DNA of 64,000 bases from an uncultured Lactobacillus sp. (GCF_947367085.1 NZ_CANBCP010000005.1:118-64117), one strand, 5' to 3'; positions 21,636 through 32,282 are shown, numbered from the stretch's first letter. Made by a program: numbers and translations. Notes: generated by a model from the letters alone, not told the origin.

Positions 21636-23120
21636 ATGACTAGAAAAAGATTGTGGACTTTTTTCTTAGCTATTTTTTTAATGCTGGCTGGCTTTTTAAC
21701 TTCAACTACTGTTAGCGCTGCATCAGACAAAAAAGTTGAACAAGGAATAGTTTTAAAAAATATCAAAAAGAGCGGTAAGTTGGTCGTGGGAACATCAGCT
21801 GACTATCCACCACTTGAATTTACGGCTAGTGATAATGGTAAGACACGCTATGTTGGTGTGGATATCGAATTAACTCGTCAGATCGCTAAAGATATGGGCG
21901 TAAAGCTAGTAATCAAAAATATGTCTTTTGATTCGCTACTTGTGGCTCTTGAAACGGGCAAAGTTGATATGGTTATCAGTGCGATGACACCAACTGCAGA
22001 AAGAAAAAAGAGCGTCGCTTTTTCGAAAATTTACTATAAGCCAAGCGGAGAGTTCTTTCTCTTAAATAGAAAAGATCGCGACAAATATGACACGATCCAG
22101 AAATTAAAGGGACAAACGGTTGGAGCCCAAACTGGTTCAATTCAATACGAAGAAATTGAAAAGCAGATGAAGTCTTCTAAAGCCAAAGGTTTAGGTAAGA
22201 TCAATAATTTGGTGTTAGCTCTTCAATCAGGCAAGGTTCAGGCAGTCTTGATGGAAGAATTAACAGCAAAAGCTTATGCTCAAAATAATAAAAATCTAGT
22301 AGCGGTTAAATCCGATATTAAAGACAGCCAATCAGGTAATGCGGTGGCTATTGCCAAGGGGCAAAATGATTTAGTTGCCCAAGTTAATAAAACTATCAAC
22401 AAGGTGAAAAAAGATAAGCTTGTCGATAAAAAGTTCTTGCCGCAAGCTGCCAAATACATGAAGACCACGCAAAAGAATAATACTTTTGCTAAGTACATTC
22501 CATACTTTTTCAAGGGAATTTGGTACACAATTGTAATTACCATCTTTTCAGTCTTAATTGGTATTATCTTAGGAACTTTGCTTGCTTTAATGCGTATTTC
22601 CAAAAATCCAATCTTGCACTGGTTTGCGGTGTGTTATATTGAATTCATTCGTGGTACGCCGCAAATGGTTCAGATTTTATTTGTTTACTTTGGAATCGGC
22701 TATTTGATTTCTAACTTATCAGCTATTGTTGCCGGAATTATCGCTATTGGATTAAATTCTGGCGCTTATGTTGCTGAAGATATTCGTTCAGGGATTGACT
22801 CACTGCCTAAAGGACAAATGGAAGCTGCGCGTTCGCTAGGGATGAATCGCGCTAAGGCCTTTAGATATGTCATTATTCCCCAGGCAATTAAGAATATTTG
22901 GCCAGCACTGGGTAATGAATTTATTACCTTGCTCAAGGATAGTTCACTTGTGTCAGTAATTGGGGTAAGTGAATTGATGTATCAGACGCAATTAGTTCAA
23001 ACTTCAACTTATCGCGGAGTTTTACCTTTGTTTATTGCGATGATTATCTACTTCATTATGACTTTCTCACTTACAAGATTACTCAACCACTTTGAAAAGA
23101 GGATGAAGCGCAATGACTAA
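21636..23120 (+). CDS. Amino acid ABC transporter, fused substrate-binding domain + permease
   Basis: Signal peptide, [15 protein letters not shown]3 domain, IRGTP and EAARSLG permease motifs; RBS GAGAGGGA before ATG 21636. Confidence 0.9.
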   Translation: MTRKRLWTFFLAIFLMLAGFLTSTTVSAASDKKVEQGIVLKNIKKSGKLVVGTSADYPPLEFTASDNGKTRYVGVDIELTRQIAKDMGVKLVIKNMSFDSLLVALETGKVDMVISAMTPTAERKKSVAFSKIYYKPSGEFFLLNRKDRDKYDTIQKLKGQTVGAQTGSIQYEEIEKQMKSSKAKGLGKINNLVLALQSGKVQAVLMEELTAKAYAQNNKNLVAVKSDIKDSQSGNAVAIAKGQNDLVAQVNKTINKVKKDKLVDKKFLPQAAKYMKTTQKNNTFAKYIPYFFKGIWYTIVITIFSVLIGIILGTLLALMRISKNPILHWFAVCYIEFIRGTPQMVQILFVYFGIGYLISNLSAIVAGIIAIGLNSGAYVAEDIRSGIDSLPKGQMEAARSLGMNRAKAFRYVIIPQAIKNIWPALGNEFITLLKDSSLVSVIGVSELMYQTQLVQTSTYRGVLPLFIAMIIYFIMTFSLTRLLNHFEKRMKRND

Positions 23121-23847
23121 AATGATTGAAATTGAACACCTCAAAAAAAGCTTCGGCAAAAAAGAAGTTTTAAAAGATATTTCTGCGGTTGTGAACCAAG
23201 GACAAGTTATCAGTATCATTGGGCCATCTGGTTCAGGTAAAAGTACCTTTTTACGCTGTTTGAACGTGTTAGAAAAGCCGACTAGTGGCAAGGTGATTTT
23301 TGAAGGACAAGATTTGACTCATATCAATGAAAAAGAATTAGATGAGCTGCGGGAAAAGATGGGGATGGTTTTTCAAAGCTTTAATCTTTTTCCAAATATG
23401 AATGTAATCGAAAATGTAAAATTAGCTCCAATGAAAGTCAAAGGCATAAGCGCAGCTAGCGCACAGCAAAAAGCAATGGCGCTGCTTGAAAAAGTTGGCT
23501 TAGCTGATCGAGCTCAGCAATTCCCATCAAGTCTATCTGGTGGTCAGCAGCAGCGTGTGGCAATAGCGCGAGCTTTGGCAATGGATCCAGAAGTAATGCT
23601 GTTTGATGAACCAACTAGTGCCCTTGATCCGGAGATGGTTGGCGAAGTGCTCAAGACCATGCAAGATTTAGCTAATAGCGGCATGACAATGGTTATCGTG
23701 ACTCATGAAATGGGCTTTGCTAAAGAAGTTAGTGATGAAGTATGGTTTATGGCTGATGGCTATTTACAAGAAAAAGGCAGTCCAGATGCTATTTTTAACC
23801 ATCCTCAAGGCAAGCGTGCCCAAGACTTTTTGTCGAAGGTACTATAA
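23113..23847 (+). CDS. glnQ: Amino acid ABC transporter ATP-binding protein
   Basis: [34 protein letters not shown]. Confidence 0.9.
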   Translation: MTKMIEIEHLKKSFGKKEVLKDISAVVNQGQVISIIGPSGSGKSTFLRCLNVLEKPTSGKVIFEGQDLTHINEKELDELREKMGMVFQSFNLFPNMNVIENVKLAPMKVKGISAASAQQKAMALLEKVGLADRAQQFPSSLSGGQQQRVAIARALAMDPEVMLFDEPTSALDPEMVGEVLKTMQDLANSGMTMVIVTHEMGFAKEVSDEVWFMADGYLQEKGSPDAIFNHPQGKRAQDFLSKVL

Positions 23848-23855
23848 GAAAAAAG

Positions 23856-23880
23856 AAAAACCGGCGATTGCCGGTTTTTT
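23856..23880. terminator. Bidirectional terminator at left island boundary
   Basis: aaaaaccggc gatt gccggttttt. Confidence 0.8.
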
Positions 23881-23886
23881 GTTTAT

Positions 23887-25341
23887 TTATGAAGCTAATT
23901 TTTTAATCCATTTATGCCAACCATCAACTAGTTTGTTTTTATCATTTTCTTTCATCATTGGTTGATAGCTGATCTCTGAGTTCGTATCGGTGACTTTTTG
24001 GTTTGCATTCATTACACTGCCTAGTGCGCTTAGTTCTGAGATCTTTGATATATCTACCTTACTTTGAGTAATATTGCTTAAAAATTGCATCAAATATTTA
24101 TTATGAATCATTCCGCCATCTGTGTGAATTTCTTTTGCTAGAGAAGGGGTTATAGTTTGAAATTCATTTAAAATGTCATTTATTTGATATACCAGAGAAT
24201 TGAGTGTGGCACGAACTAATTCATTTTTGCCAGTTGTTGCATTCATCCCCACAAAGGCTGCTTGTAAATCAGGAAGCCAGTAAGGAGCACCGAGACCAGA
24301 AAAAGCAGGTATTAGATATGTATGGTCTTTGGGATTGGCAGTTAAAGCGAGATCTGCAGTTTCTTGGGGTGTCTGGATTAAGTGCAAATTATCTTTTAAC
24401 CACGTTACACAAGCTCCAGCGTAATTGATATTACCTTCAACTACATAAGAAGTTTTACCATTTAATGACCACGCAATTGAAGTGTTCAGTCGATTATTAA
24501 TATTATCAGGTAAGTTATTTCCAATATTTAGCATAACCGAAGAACCAGTTCCAAATGTTACCTTAAAGTCACCAGAATTAAAGCAGTGGTGAGCAAATAG
24601 AGCAGCTTGAGAATCACCTAAGACACTTAGAATAGGAATGGGTTGGCTCAGAAGACCAAATAAATCAGTCTCGCCAAATTGAGAATTGGAATCAACTATC
24701 TCAGGGAGAGTATTTAGGTCGACTCCAAAAATTTCAGCTAACTCTTCATCCCATTGACCAGTTCTAATGTCCATTAACTGAGTTCTACAAGCATTAGAAG
24801 GCTCAGTTTTGAAAGATTTACCATTTGTTAATTGATATATAAGCCAGCTATCCATAGTGCCTAAGCATAAGTCATTATTTTCGTAAGCTTGTTTTACACG
24901 AGGTTCGTTTAAAAGCATCCAGCCCCATTTTGCACCAGTAAAATATGGGGAAAGAGCTAGGCCAGTTTTTTCTTTAACCTTATCTTTTAATTCAGGATAA
25001 GAAATCTTTTTAAGCAGACTTTCAGCACGACTATCTTGCCAAACGACAGTATGACATAAAGGTGATCCGGTTTTACGTGACCAGGCTGCTGCTGACTCTC
25101 TTTGATTAGTTATAGCCAATTTTGTAATTTGGTCTTCTGAAACTTGACTTAAAGCTGAAGCAAAGAGACTTTTTAAATTATCTTTTATTTCATCAAGATC
25201 ATGACTGACCCATCCTTGACGGTTGATAATTTGTTTGTGAGGTAATGCAGTCTTCCAAAATATTTGATTATCTTGATTGACTAAGATTGCTTTGGTGCCC
25301 TGAGTACTTTGATCGATGGCCAGAGTATATTTTTCTGACAT
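23887..25341 (-). CDS. FGGY-family sugar kinase, glycerol kinase-like (candidate apulose kinase)
   Basis: LAIDQSTQGTKA, ITNQRES, GDSQAALF, VTFGTGS, PAFSGLGAPYW, DGG. Confidence 0.85.
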   Translation of the reverse strand: MSEKYTLAIDQSTQGTKAILVNQDNQIFWKTALPHKQIINRQGWVSHDLDEIKDNLKSLFASALSQVSEDQITKLAITNQRESAAAWSRKTGSPLCHTVVWQDSRAESLLKKISYPELKDKVKEKTGLALSPYFTGAKWGWMLLNEPRVKQAYENNDLCLGTMDSWLIYQLTNGKSFKTEPSNACRTQLMDIRTGQWDEELAEIFGVDLNTLPEIVDSNSQFGETDLFGLLSQPIPILSVLGDSQAALFAHHCFNSGDFKVTFGTGSSVMLNIGNNLPDNINNRLNTSIAWSLNGKTSYVVEGNINYAGACVTWLKDNLHLIQTPQETADLALTANPKDHTYLIPAFSGLGAPYWLPDLQAAFVGMNATTGKNELVRATLNSLVYQINDILNEFQTITPSLAKEIHTDGGMIHNKYLMQFLSNITQSKVDISKISELSALGSVMNANQKVTDTNSEISYQPMMKENDKNKLVDGWHKWIKKLAS

Positions 25342-25355
25342 GAAATCACCAACTT

Positions 25356-26297
25356 TTATTTATCAAGAATTTTCTTAATAGATTTTTCAATTCCTTCAGC
25401 ATCAAGACCGTAATAATGGAATACTTCATCTTGGGTGCCTTGAATTGCTGGTTTGTCTGGAAAGCCAAGGATATCTAATTTAGCGTGACCATATTTTGCG
25501 ACTTCACTTGCAACTGCTGCGCCAATACCATTTATGACATCGTGTTCTTCGACAGTGACAATATGATCGAATTTTTGAGCTAGTTGACCGATTAATTCAG
25601 TATCAAGTGGCTTAATAGAGCCGAGATCTACAACTTGAGCATTAATACCTTGCTTTTCAAGATTTTCAGCAGCTTTTAAGGCAAAATATAAAGTTTCACC
25701 AGTAGAGATTAGACAGATATCTTCGCCTTTTTTAATAATCTTGGCTTTGCCAGGAACAAAATCAAAATCTTCGTGATATACGTTGTCCAATTTACGCTTA
25801 CCAATACGAACGTAAGCTGGTTTATCTGAGGTTAATAAGTATTTGAAAAGAGCTTTAACTTGATACTTATCGCAAGGTTGATAAACTTCAAGATCAGGAA
25901 TAGCACGTGTAATAGCTACATCATTGAGTGAGTGGTGGGTGTTACCAAGCCAGGTGTAAGAATTACCACCTGAAATACCAATCAACTTAACATTATTTTT
26001 GTTAAATGCAACATCTACCTTAACTTGTTCAATTGAGCGCATTGCTAAAAATGATGCAGGAGAAAATACAAAGGGATGCTTTCCTTCATGAGCTAATCCG
26101 GCAGCTACAGTAACTGCGTTTTGCTCAGCAATCCCCATCTCAACAGTGCGATCAGGGTGAGCGTTGGTGAATGGCACTAATCCGGCTGAGCCACGAGAGT
26201 CACAAGTCACTACTAATAAATCAGGATCTTTTGCTGTTGCTTTATCTAAAGTATCTGCAATCACTGCATTTGCTGTTAACTTTTCATCATTAGTCAT
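25356..26297 (-). CDS. Transketolase C-terminal subunit (split TK)
   Basis: EMGIAEQNAV..AAGLA, RSIEQVKVD, VTVEEH..NGIG pyrimidine-binding and C-terminal domains. Confidence 0.92.
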   Translation of the reverse strand: MTNDEKLTANAVIADTLDKATAKDPDLLVVTCDSRGSAGLVPFTNAHPDRTVEMGIAEQNAVTVAAGLAHEGKHPFVFSPASFLAMRSIEQVKVDVAFNKNNVKLIGISGGNSYTWLGNTHHSLNDVAITRAIPDLEVYQPCDKYQVKALFKYLLTSDKPAYVRIGKRKLDNVYHEDFDFVPGKAKIIKKGEDICLISTGETLYFALKAAENLEKQGINAQVVDLGSIKPLDTELIGQLAQKFDHIVTVEEHDVINGIGAAVASEVAKYGHAKLDILGFPDKPAIQGTQDEVFHYYGLDAEGIEKSIKKILDK

Positions 26298-27123
26298 TGT
26301 TAAGTGCCTCCATTTGTGCGTCTAATTCTCGTAATCCTTCTTGGTATTGGACTTCAGTAGGAATCTTGTGATGCCAATCAGCTCTGTTTTCGGCAACTGT
26401 AATACCTTTTCCTTTAACAGTATTAGCAATAATCATTCTCGGTTTATTAGTATTATTTTCTTTAGTTAAGACATCAACTAATGCACCGATATCATTGCCG
26501 TCGACTTCTTGAACATCCCAACCAAAAGCACGATATTTATTACTAATTGGGTTAGAACGCATAACTGAATCGGTAGTACCAGTAATTTGTAAATCATTAT
26601 GGTCAATGATTGCAGTTAAATTATCTAAGCTATAGTTACCAGCAGCCATAGCAGCTTCCCAAACAGATCCTTCTGCTTGTTCACCATCACCCATTAATAC
26701 ATAGGTATGCTTGGGTGAGTGATTCATTTTTGCTGCTAAAGCGACACCTACGCCAAGGCCTAATCCATGTCCCAGTGATCCTGTATGAAATTCCATACCC
26801 TTTACGTCGGTTGTAGGGTGGCCGATATAAGGACTATTGAAAGTTGAATATCTCTTTTCCAGATCATCACGATCAATATATCCTTTATCGGCTAATATTT
26901 CGTACCAAATTTCAACAGCGTGTCCCTTGCTTTGAATATAAGTGTCGACATCTTTTTGACCAAAATTATCTTTATCCTGGTTCATTACTTGATAATAAAG
27001 TGCAACTAAAATATCTGTACAAGATAAATCAGAACCCGTGTGACCATTTTTGTGGTTATAGATTAATTGCCAAGTTCTTTCTCTAAGCTCGACAGCTTTC
27101 TTTTTTAAATCTAACGTATTCAT
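26290..27123 (-). CDS. Transketolase N-terminal subunit (split TK)
   Basis: GHTGSDLS, SKGH, GSLGHG, TPP motif GDGEQAEG...N. Confidence 0.92.
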   Translation of the reverse strand: MNTLDLKKKAVELRERTWQLIYNHKNGHTGSDLSCTDILVALYYQVMNQDKDNFGQKDVDTYIQSKGHAVEIWYEILADKGYIDRDDLEKRYSTFNSPYIGHPTTDVKGMEFHTGSLGHGLGLGVGVALAAKMNHSPKHTYVLMGDGEQAEGSVWEAAMAAGNYSLDNLTAIIDHNDLQITGTTDSVMRSNPISNKYRAFGWDVQEVDGNDIGALVDVLTKENNTNKPRMIIANTVKGKGITVAENRADWHHKIPTEVQYQEGLRELDAQMEALNND

Positions 27124-27203
27124 AATTTTTCACCTCAAATTTTTGTAACCGCTTTTACATTTCTTATGCTATCATCAGGATAGTAAATTAAACAATATTT
27201 CAT

Positions 27204-27226
27204 CTAAACTAAAATTTTAGTTTAGT
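27204..27226. promoter_or_regulatory. Perfect 22-bp palindrome CTAAACTAAAA/TTTTAGTTTAG between divergent tkt and lacI genes
   Basis: Read directly; half-site recurs at other island promoters. Confidence 0.6.
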
Positions 27227-27254
27227 ACTAGTTTATTAACAGATGGTGATTTCA

Positions 27255-28277
27255 ATGATAAAGATGGAAGACATAGCGCGTTTAGCTGGAGTATCAAGAT
27301 CAGCAGTTTCTTTGACAATTAACGATAAACCAGGTGTAGGACCCAAAACACGAGAAAAAATATTTAAAGTAATTGAAGAAAATGATTATCAGCCCTTGAG
27401 AAAAAGACATAAAGGAAAATCTCACTATTTGGCATCAGTAACGTTTTTGATTATTACCAATCATCAGGGGATGGTGAAAAGCAATTATCGTTCGTTGCCG
27501 TTTTTTGATAATTTGATTTCTGCTTTATCTAAAAATATCTCTGCTTATGGAGGTACTACACAAGTTCAAAATATTGAATCAAGCAGAATTAAAAAAGATA
27601 TACCTGCCCTTGTTAAAGAAGGGGTGTTAAAGAATACTGTTGTTTTAGCAACAGATCTTTCCAGACAGCAAGTTCAGTTCATAAAAGATGAATTGAAAAC
27701 TGTTGTTTTTGTGGACACATATTATGATGATGTATCGGCAGACTTTGTAACTATGGATAATTTCCAGGGTGCTTATAATGCTGCTGAATATATTTTGAAT
27801 AAAGGCTATAAAAATATCGGTTATGTTGCATCTGATCGCAATATAAGTAACTTTCAGAATCGAAGAAGGGGATTTTATCAAGCTATGAAATTACATAAAC
27901 GTGAAATCTTGCCTGAACATTTTTATAGCATCTCGCCTTTAATGAAGGGTGCTGATGAAAATGAAATTATTGATATGCTTCAAAAAAGTAAGTCTTTACC
28001 AGATGCGTTGTTTTGTGAAGATGATTATATTGCTGTTCGCTTGATTAAGGAACTGTCAAATTTAAATATTAAAGTTCCTGATAGAGTTGCTATTATGGGA
28101 TTTGATGATATTTATGTAGGCCAGATGATATCTCCGGAATTAACGACAGTTCATGTTCCAATTCATCAAATTGTTAATCAAGTTCTTTTTCAATTGCAAG
28201 AACAACGTGGAATGGAGCATTGGCAGCCACAAAAATGTTTAGTAGCGACTAGGATCGTTGAAAGACAATCCTTATAA
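27255..28277 (+). CDS. LacI-family transcriptional regulator (atypical hinge); alternative start 27243
   Basis: MEDIARLAGVSRSAVS HTH; GFDD..PELTTV C-terminus. Confidence 0.88.
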   Translation: MIKMEDIARLAGVSRSAVSLTINDKPGVGPKTREKIFKVIEENDYQPLRKRHKGKSHYLASVTFLIITNHQGMVKSNYRSLPFFDNLISALSKNISAYGGTTQVQNIESSRIKKDIPALVKEGVLKNTVVLATDLSRQQVQFIKDELKTVVFVDTYYDDVSADFVTMDNFQGAYNAAEYILNKGYKNIGYVASDRNISNFQNRRRGFYQAMKLHKREILPEHFYSISPLMKGADENEIIDMLQKSKSLPDALFCEDDYIAVRLIKELSNLNIKVPDRVAIMGFDDIYVGQMISPELTTVHVPIHQIVNQVLFQLQEQRGMEHWQPQKCLVATRIVERQSL

Positions 28278-28283
28278 AAAAAC

Positions 28284-28364
28284 TTAGTTGAGCTTAATTT
28301 AGTAAATTTAATGACTAATTTAATGACTTTTATGTTATTTTGATTCATGTGGAAAGCGATTACA
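28284..28364 (+). promoter_or_regulatory. Island repeat motif (28284-28303) and cre-like site (28351-28364) upstream of isomerase operon
   Basis: Reverse complement ACTAAATTAA-GCTCAACTAA; GGAAAGCGATTACA. Confidence 0.5.
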
Positions 28365-28386
28365 TATTTTCGTTTAAAGGAGATAC

Positions 28387-29844
28387 ATGATGACAAATAA
28401 AAATAGCTTGAAACAAATAAAGCTTGGTTTTGCACCAACTAGAAGAAATATCTTTTCAGCGACTGCCGCAATTGAATTTGCAGATAAAACACGTAAAAAG
28501 TTAGATGAATTAGGTGTTAACTACGTTGATATTAAAGATGTAAATGATGATGGACTCCTGTATGATGATTCAGGATTAGAAAAGATTACTGAAAAATTTA
28601 AAGCTGAAAAGATTGACGGTTTATTTATTGCAAATGAAAACTTTGGGACAGAATACGAAGTTGCCCGTTTAGCAGCTAAATTAAATGTTCCTGTTTTACT
28701 TTGGGGACCAAGAGATGAAGCGCCAGCTCCAGACGGATCAAGACGTCGCGATACGCAATGTGGCTTGTTTGCTATTGGTAAGGTTCTACGTCACTTTAAT
28801 GTACCTTTTACTTATATAAAAAATAGCGATATTGATGATCCATCATTTAGTCGTGGAGTAATTGACTTTATTAAAGTATGTAATGTAGTCAAAACCTTCA
28901 AAAATACTAGAATATTGCAAATTGGACCACGTCCATTCGACTTTTGGTCAGTTATCGTTAATGAAGGTGAGCTATTAGAAAAATTTGGCATTCAACTTTC
29001 TCCAATTCCATTAGGAGAAGTGACATCCTATATGAATGAGTTGATCAAGAAAAATGATCCTAGAATTGAAGATACAAAAGAGACCTTCAGAAAATGGGCT
29101 GATATAAAAATTAAAGACGAAGACTTTACTAAAGTTGCTGCATTAAAATTAGCAATGCAAGATAAAATGAAAGAGTACGGTTGTAATTGTGCAACTATTC
29201 AATGCTGGACAGAATTACAACGTGAGATTGGAATTTTGCCATATGCTTCTGAAGCTTTACTTCAAACGGAAGGAATGCCAGTAACTTGTGAAACGGACAT
29301 TAATGGTGCTATTTCTGAAGTGTTAGCAGAAGCTGCAACTCTAGGTGATGAACGTGCTTTATTTGCAGATGTAAATTGTCGTCACCCAGAAAATGAAAAT
29401 GGCGAATTGTTGCAACACTTAGGAACATTTGCATTTCAAACTGCTAAGAATCGTCCAGTCTTACCACCATCTCATTTTGTATTTGATTACCCAGGTTCAG
29501 CAGCTTTCCAAGTTAAAGATGGTACATATACTTTAGTTAGATTTGATGGCGATCACGGTAAGTACTCAATGTTAATCGGAAATGCTAAAACTTGTGAAGG
29601 ACCTTATGAACAAGGTACTTATGCTTGGTTCCAATTCAAAGATTTAAACAGATTTGAAGCAAAATATGTTTATGGACCATATATCCACCATATGGCTGGA
29701 GTTCGCGCAGATGTTGTTCCAATTTTGGCAGAAGCTTGCAAGTATATTAATGTTAATGCAGATTACTACGATCCTATTAAGGAAAAGGTCGCAGCATATT
29801 GGTATGGTGATTTGGATACTATTTTGGATTCTGATCAAAGATAG
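28387..29844 (+). CDS. L-fucose/L-arabinose isomerase-family protein (candidate D-apiose isomerase)
   Basis: NFGTE, DTQCG, IQCW, PVTCETDING, RHP, HLG, YIHH motifs of FucI-like isomerases. Confidence 0.78.
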   Translation: MMTNKNSLKQIKLGFAPTRRNIFSATAAIEFADKTRKKLDELGVNYVDIKDVNDDGLLYDDSGLEKITEKFKAEKIDGLFIANENFGTEYEVARLAAKLNVPVLLWGPRDEAPAPDGSRRRDTQCGLFAIGKVLRHFNVPFTYIKNSDIDDPSFSRGVIDFIKVCNVVKTFKNTRILQIGPRPFDFWSVIVNEGELLEKFGIQLSPIPLGEVTSYMNELIKKNDPRIEDTKETFRKWADIKIKDEDFTKVAALKLAMQDKMKEYGCNCATIQCWTELQREIGILPYASEALLQTEGMPVTCETDINGAISEVLAEAATLGDERALFADVNCRHPENENGELLQHLGTFAFQTAKNRPVLPPSHFVFDYPGSAAFQVKDGTYTLVRFDGDHGKYSMLIGNAKTCEGPYEQGTYAWFQFKDLNRFEAKYVYGPYIHHMAGVRADVVPILAEACKYINVNADYYDPIKEKVAAYWYGDLDTILDSDQR

Positions 29845-29852
29845 GAGAAAAT

Positions 29853-31139
29853 ATGTTAAAAGTTCAGGGAAAATATTTATATAAAGATGACAAGAAATTC
29901 TTTTATCTGGCAGATACTTGCTGGGGAGCATTTACCAGCATAACAATGCCTGACTGGAAATATTATCTTGATACTAGAAAAGCCCAAGGCTTTAATGCCA
30001 TTCAAATAAACATTTTGCGTCAATGGGATTCGAGCCTACCAATTGATCAAAGAGAGCCATTTGCCATTAAAGAAAATGAGGATGGTAGTTATGTTTATGA
30101 CTTTTCTAAGATAAATAAAGCATATTTTGATAATGCTGCTAATATGCTAGAAGAAATGGCTAAGCGAAACATGGTTCCGGTCTTAGTACTCTTGTGGGGC
30201 AATTTTGTGCCAGATACTTGGATGAGCAAATTTGTCTCAAATAATACAATACCGTTTGATCAGATTAAGCCTTATGTGGAATATGCAGTAAAGAAATTCA
30301 AAAAATATAACCCAATTTGGTTTGTAAGTGGGGATGTTGGTTTTACCGATAATGGCAAGCAAAAGAAAGATTCCGCAATCAAGTATTACCGAGAGGTATT
30401 AAATGTTGCCCAAAGTATTGATCCAGATGGTATTTATACTTTCCATATTAATGGCGAATCAACCGAAGTTCCTGAGGAATTCAAAAAGCAAACGCAAATG
30501 TTTATCTATCAATCTGGTCATGGTTATGATGGACAAGATACTGCGTATACAATACCTGAAAAAATGCGGAAAGACGGTTATCAAGGCCCAATGATGGATG
30601 CGGAAATTTGCTATGAAGGGTTAACTAAGATGAAAGCTCCGTCTCCAGCACGTTATAGTGCATTTGATGTGCGTAAAGCAGCTTGGCATGCTGTATTGTC
30701 AGGAGCTGATGCGGGAATAGGTTATGGAACTTTTGGTATTTGGCCATGGAAAGATACTGCAAGACCTGAAGCAAAACTGGATGCAAATTTTAATGTTCAA
30801 CTTGTTCCATACGACTGGCGTCAGTGCCTTGGATTCAGAGGCTGTTTGGATATGGGATATTTGAAGAATATCCTAGAGAAATATGCTCCAAATGGATTAA
30901 CTCCAATTTATACTCCAGTACAAGATGATCCAACAATCAGAGCCGCAGAAAATGATGAGTATCTATTAGTATATTTACCAACTGCAGGAGTTCTGGATTT
31001 TGATGAATTTAATATTCAGCTGAAATCAGCACAAGTAATTGATTTACAAAAGAGAATGCCACTTACTGGTAAAGTCATAGATAATACGCTTCAAATGTTG
31101 CCGGTTGTTGAAGATGAGTTGGTAATCGTTAAGAAATGA
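29853..31139 (+). CDS. DUF4038 / GH140 apiosidase-like glycoside hydrolase, cytoplasmic
   Basis: FFYLADTCW, YLDTRKAQGFNAIQ, WFVSGD, YQSGH, DAEICYE, VRKAAW..VLSGA..YG..GIW; no signal peptide. Confidence 0.72.
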   Translation: MLKVQGKYLYKDDKKFFYLADTCWGAFTSITMPDWKYYLDTRKAQGFNAIQINILRQWDSSLPIDQREPFAIKENEDGSYVYDFSKINKAYFDNAANMLEEMAKRNMVPVLVLLWGNFVPDTWMSKFVSNNTIPFDQIKPYVEYAVKKFKKYNPIWFVSGDVGFTDNGKQKKDSAIKYYREVLNVAQSIDPDGIYTFHINGESTEVPEEFKKQTQMFIYQSGHGYDGQDTAYTIPEKMRKDGYQGPMMDAEICYEGLTKMKAPSPARYSAFDVRKAAWHAVLSGADAGIGYGTFGIWPWKDTARPEAKLDANFNVQLVPYDWRQCLGFRGCLDMGYLKNILEKYAPNGLTPIYTPVQDDPTIRAAENDEYLLVYLPTAGVLDFDEFNIQLKSAQVIDLQKRMPLTGKVIDNTLQMLPVVEDELVIVKK

Positions 31140-31170
31140 TGTTATTAGTTCAATAAAAGAGGGCTAATTA

Positions 31171-32079
31171 ATGAAATATTTTAAGAAAGATATAGGAGAA
31201 AATGGCGCTAAAGCCACATTTTATCTCCAAGAGCCTAATAAGGAAATTGATATCAATAGAAAGTCACCAGTGATGATTGTTGTTCCTGGTGGAGCCTACA
31301 TGTGGACTTCTTGGCGTGAAGAAGAACCCATTGCGCTAGAATTCTTAAGTAAAGGTTTCTCATGTGTAGTAGCAGAATATGCGACAGAAGGATTAGGGTT
31401 TTATGATGGTAAACATGATTACTCTAAAGATCCAGTTTCTGCATTTCCTAAACCATTAACTGATTTAGCAAAAACCATTGCATATGTAAGGGAAAATGCT
31501 GATCAGTGGTCATTAGATTCCAATAGTATTAATGTTATTGGCTTTTCAGCAGGTGGTAATTTGACTGCCCAACTTGGTTGTTATTGGCAAACAGATTGGC
31601 TAAAAGATCTTGTTGGCAAGTCTTCTGAATTATTTAAGCCTAATTCCATTTGTTTAGCTTATGGTGCTCCACATATGTCAAAAGCGCCTGAAAAAGATCG
31701 TTATAAGCAAACAAAGAAAATGGGTGGCGATGGAATGATTAATTATGCCACTTTAGGTCATGATCAATCTGATGAAAGAATAAAGCTTGTTAATATGGTT
31801 GATGCAGTGACTGACAATGTGCCACCGACTTTCATTTGGCATACTATGGAAGATCCTTATGTACCTGTTGCAAGTGCATTGCATTTTACTGAGCAACTTG
31901 AAGACAAAATGGTTCCATTTGAGCTGCACATCTTTCAAAAAGGAAAGCATGGCTTGGCGTTAGCTGATTTAAGAACCGATAGCAAAGCGGATCGTAGTCA
32001 AAGTAATGTCCAAGCTGCTAGTTGGAAGAGACTGTATTTGGGTTGGCTTAAAGAAAATGGATTAATTAATTTATTTTAG
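31171..32079 (+). CDS. Alpha/beta hydrolase (acetyl/acyl esterase-like)
   Basis: PGGAY oxyanion loop, GFSAGG, PPTFIWHT.ED, ELHIF..GKHGL. Confidence 0.85.
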   Translation: MKYFKKDIGENGAKATFYLQEPNKEIDINRKSPVMIVVPGGAYMWTSWREEEPIALEFLSKGFSCVVAEYATEGLGFYDGKHDYSKDPVSAFPKPLTDLAKTIAYVRENADQWSLDSNSINVIGFSAGGNLTAQLGCYWQTDWLKDLVGKSSELFKPNSICLAYGAPHMSKAPEKDRYKQTKKMGGDGMINYATLGHDQSDERIKLVNMVDAVTDNVPPTFIWHTMEDPYVPVASALHFTEQLEDKMVPFELHIFQKGKHGLALADLRTDSKADRSQSNVQAASWKRLYLGWLKENGLINLF

Positions 32080-32080
32080 A

Positions 32081-32113
32081 AAAAATAGCTGAGCTAGAGA
32101 CTCGGCTATTTTT
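32081..32113 (+). terminator. Terminator after esterase
   Basis: aaaaatagctgag/ctcggctattttt. Confidence 0.75.
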
Positions 32114-32114
32114 A

Positions 32115-32170
32115 ACTAAACTAAGCTAAATTAAAATGAAGTTATTAAAATAGTATTGTAATCGGTTACA
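32115..32170 (+). promoter_or_regulatory. Island repeat motif (32115-32134) and cre (32157-32170)
   Basis: ACTAAACTAA-GCTAAATTAA; TGTAATCGGTTACA matches cre consensus. Confidence 0.65.
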
Positions 32171-32203
32171 TGAATGCTAGAATATTAATTGAAATATGAA
32201 ATC

Positions 32204-32267
32204 GGATTGTTACATTAAGTTGGCAAGACCAATATAGAGAAAACTCTTATTAGTCTTGCCATTTTTT
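32204..32267 (+). promoter_or_regulatory. RAT plus overlapping terminator upstream of second antiterminator/PTS operon
   Basis: GGATTGTTACATTAAGTTGGCAAGACC overlaps stem tggcaagac..gtcttgcca plus T6. Confidence 0.85.
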
Positions 32268-32282
32268 ATTGGAGGCAAAACC

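Noticed and set aside
23887-29844. Sulfoquinovose transketolase (sulfo-TK) pathway or glycerol kinase reading of the split-TK cluster
   Set aside because: No GH31 sulfoquinovosidase, sulfo-aldehyde dehydrogenase, glpF or glpD/glpO nearby; the flanking DUF4038 hydrolases favour apiose, though this is unproven
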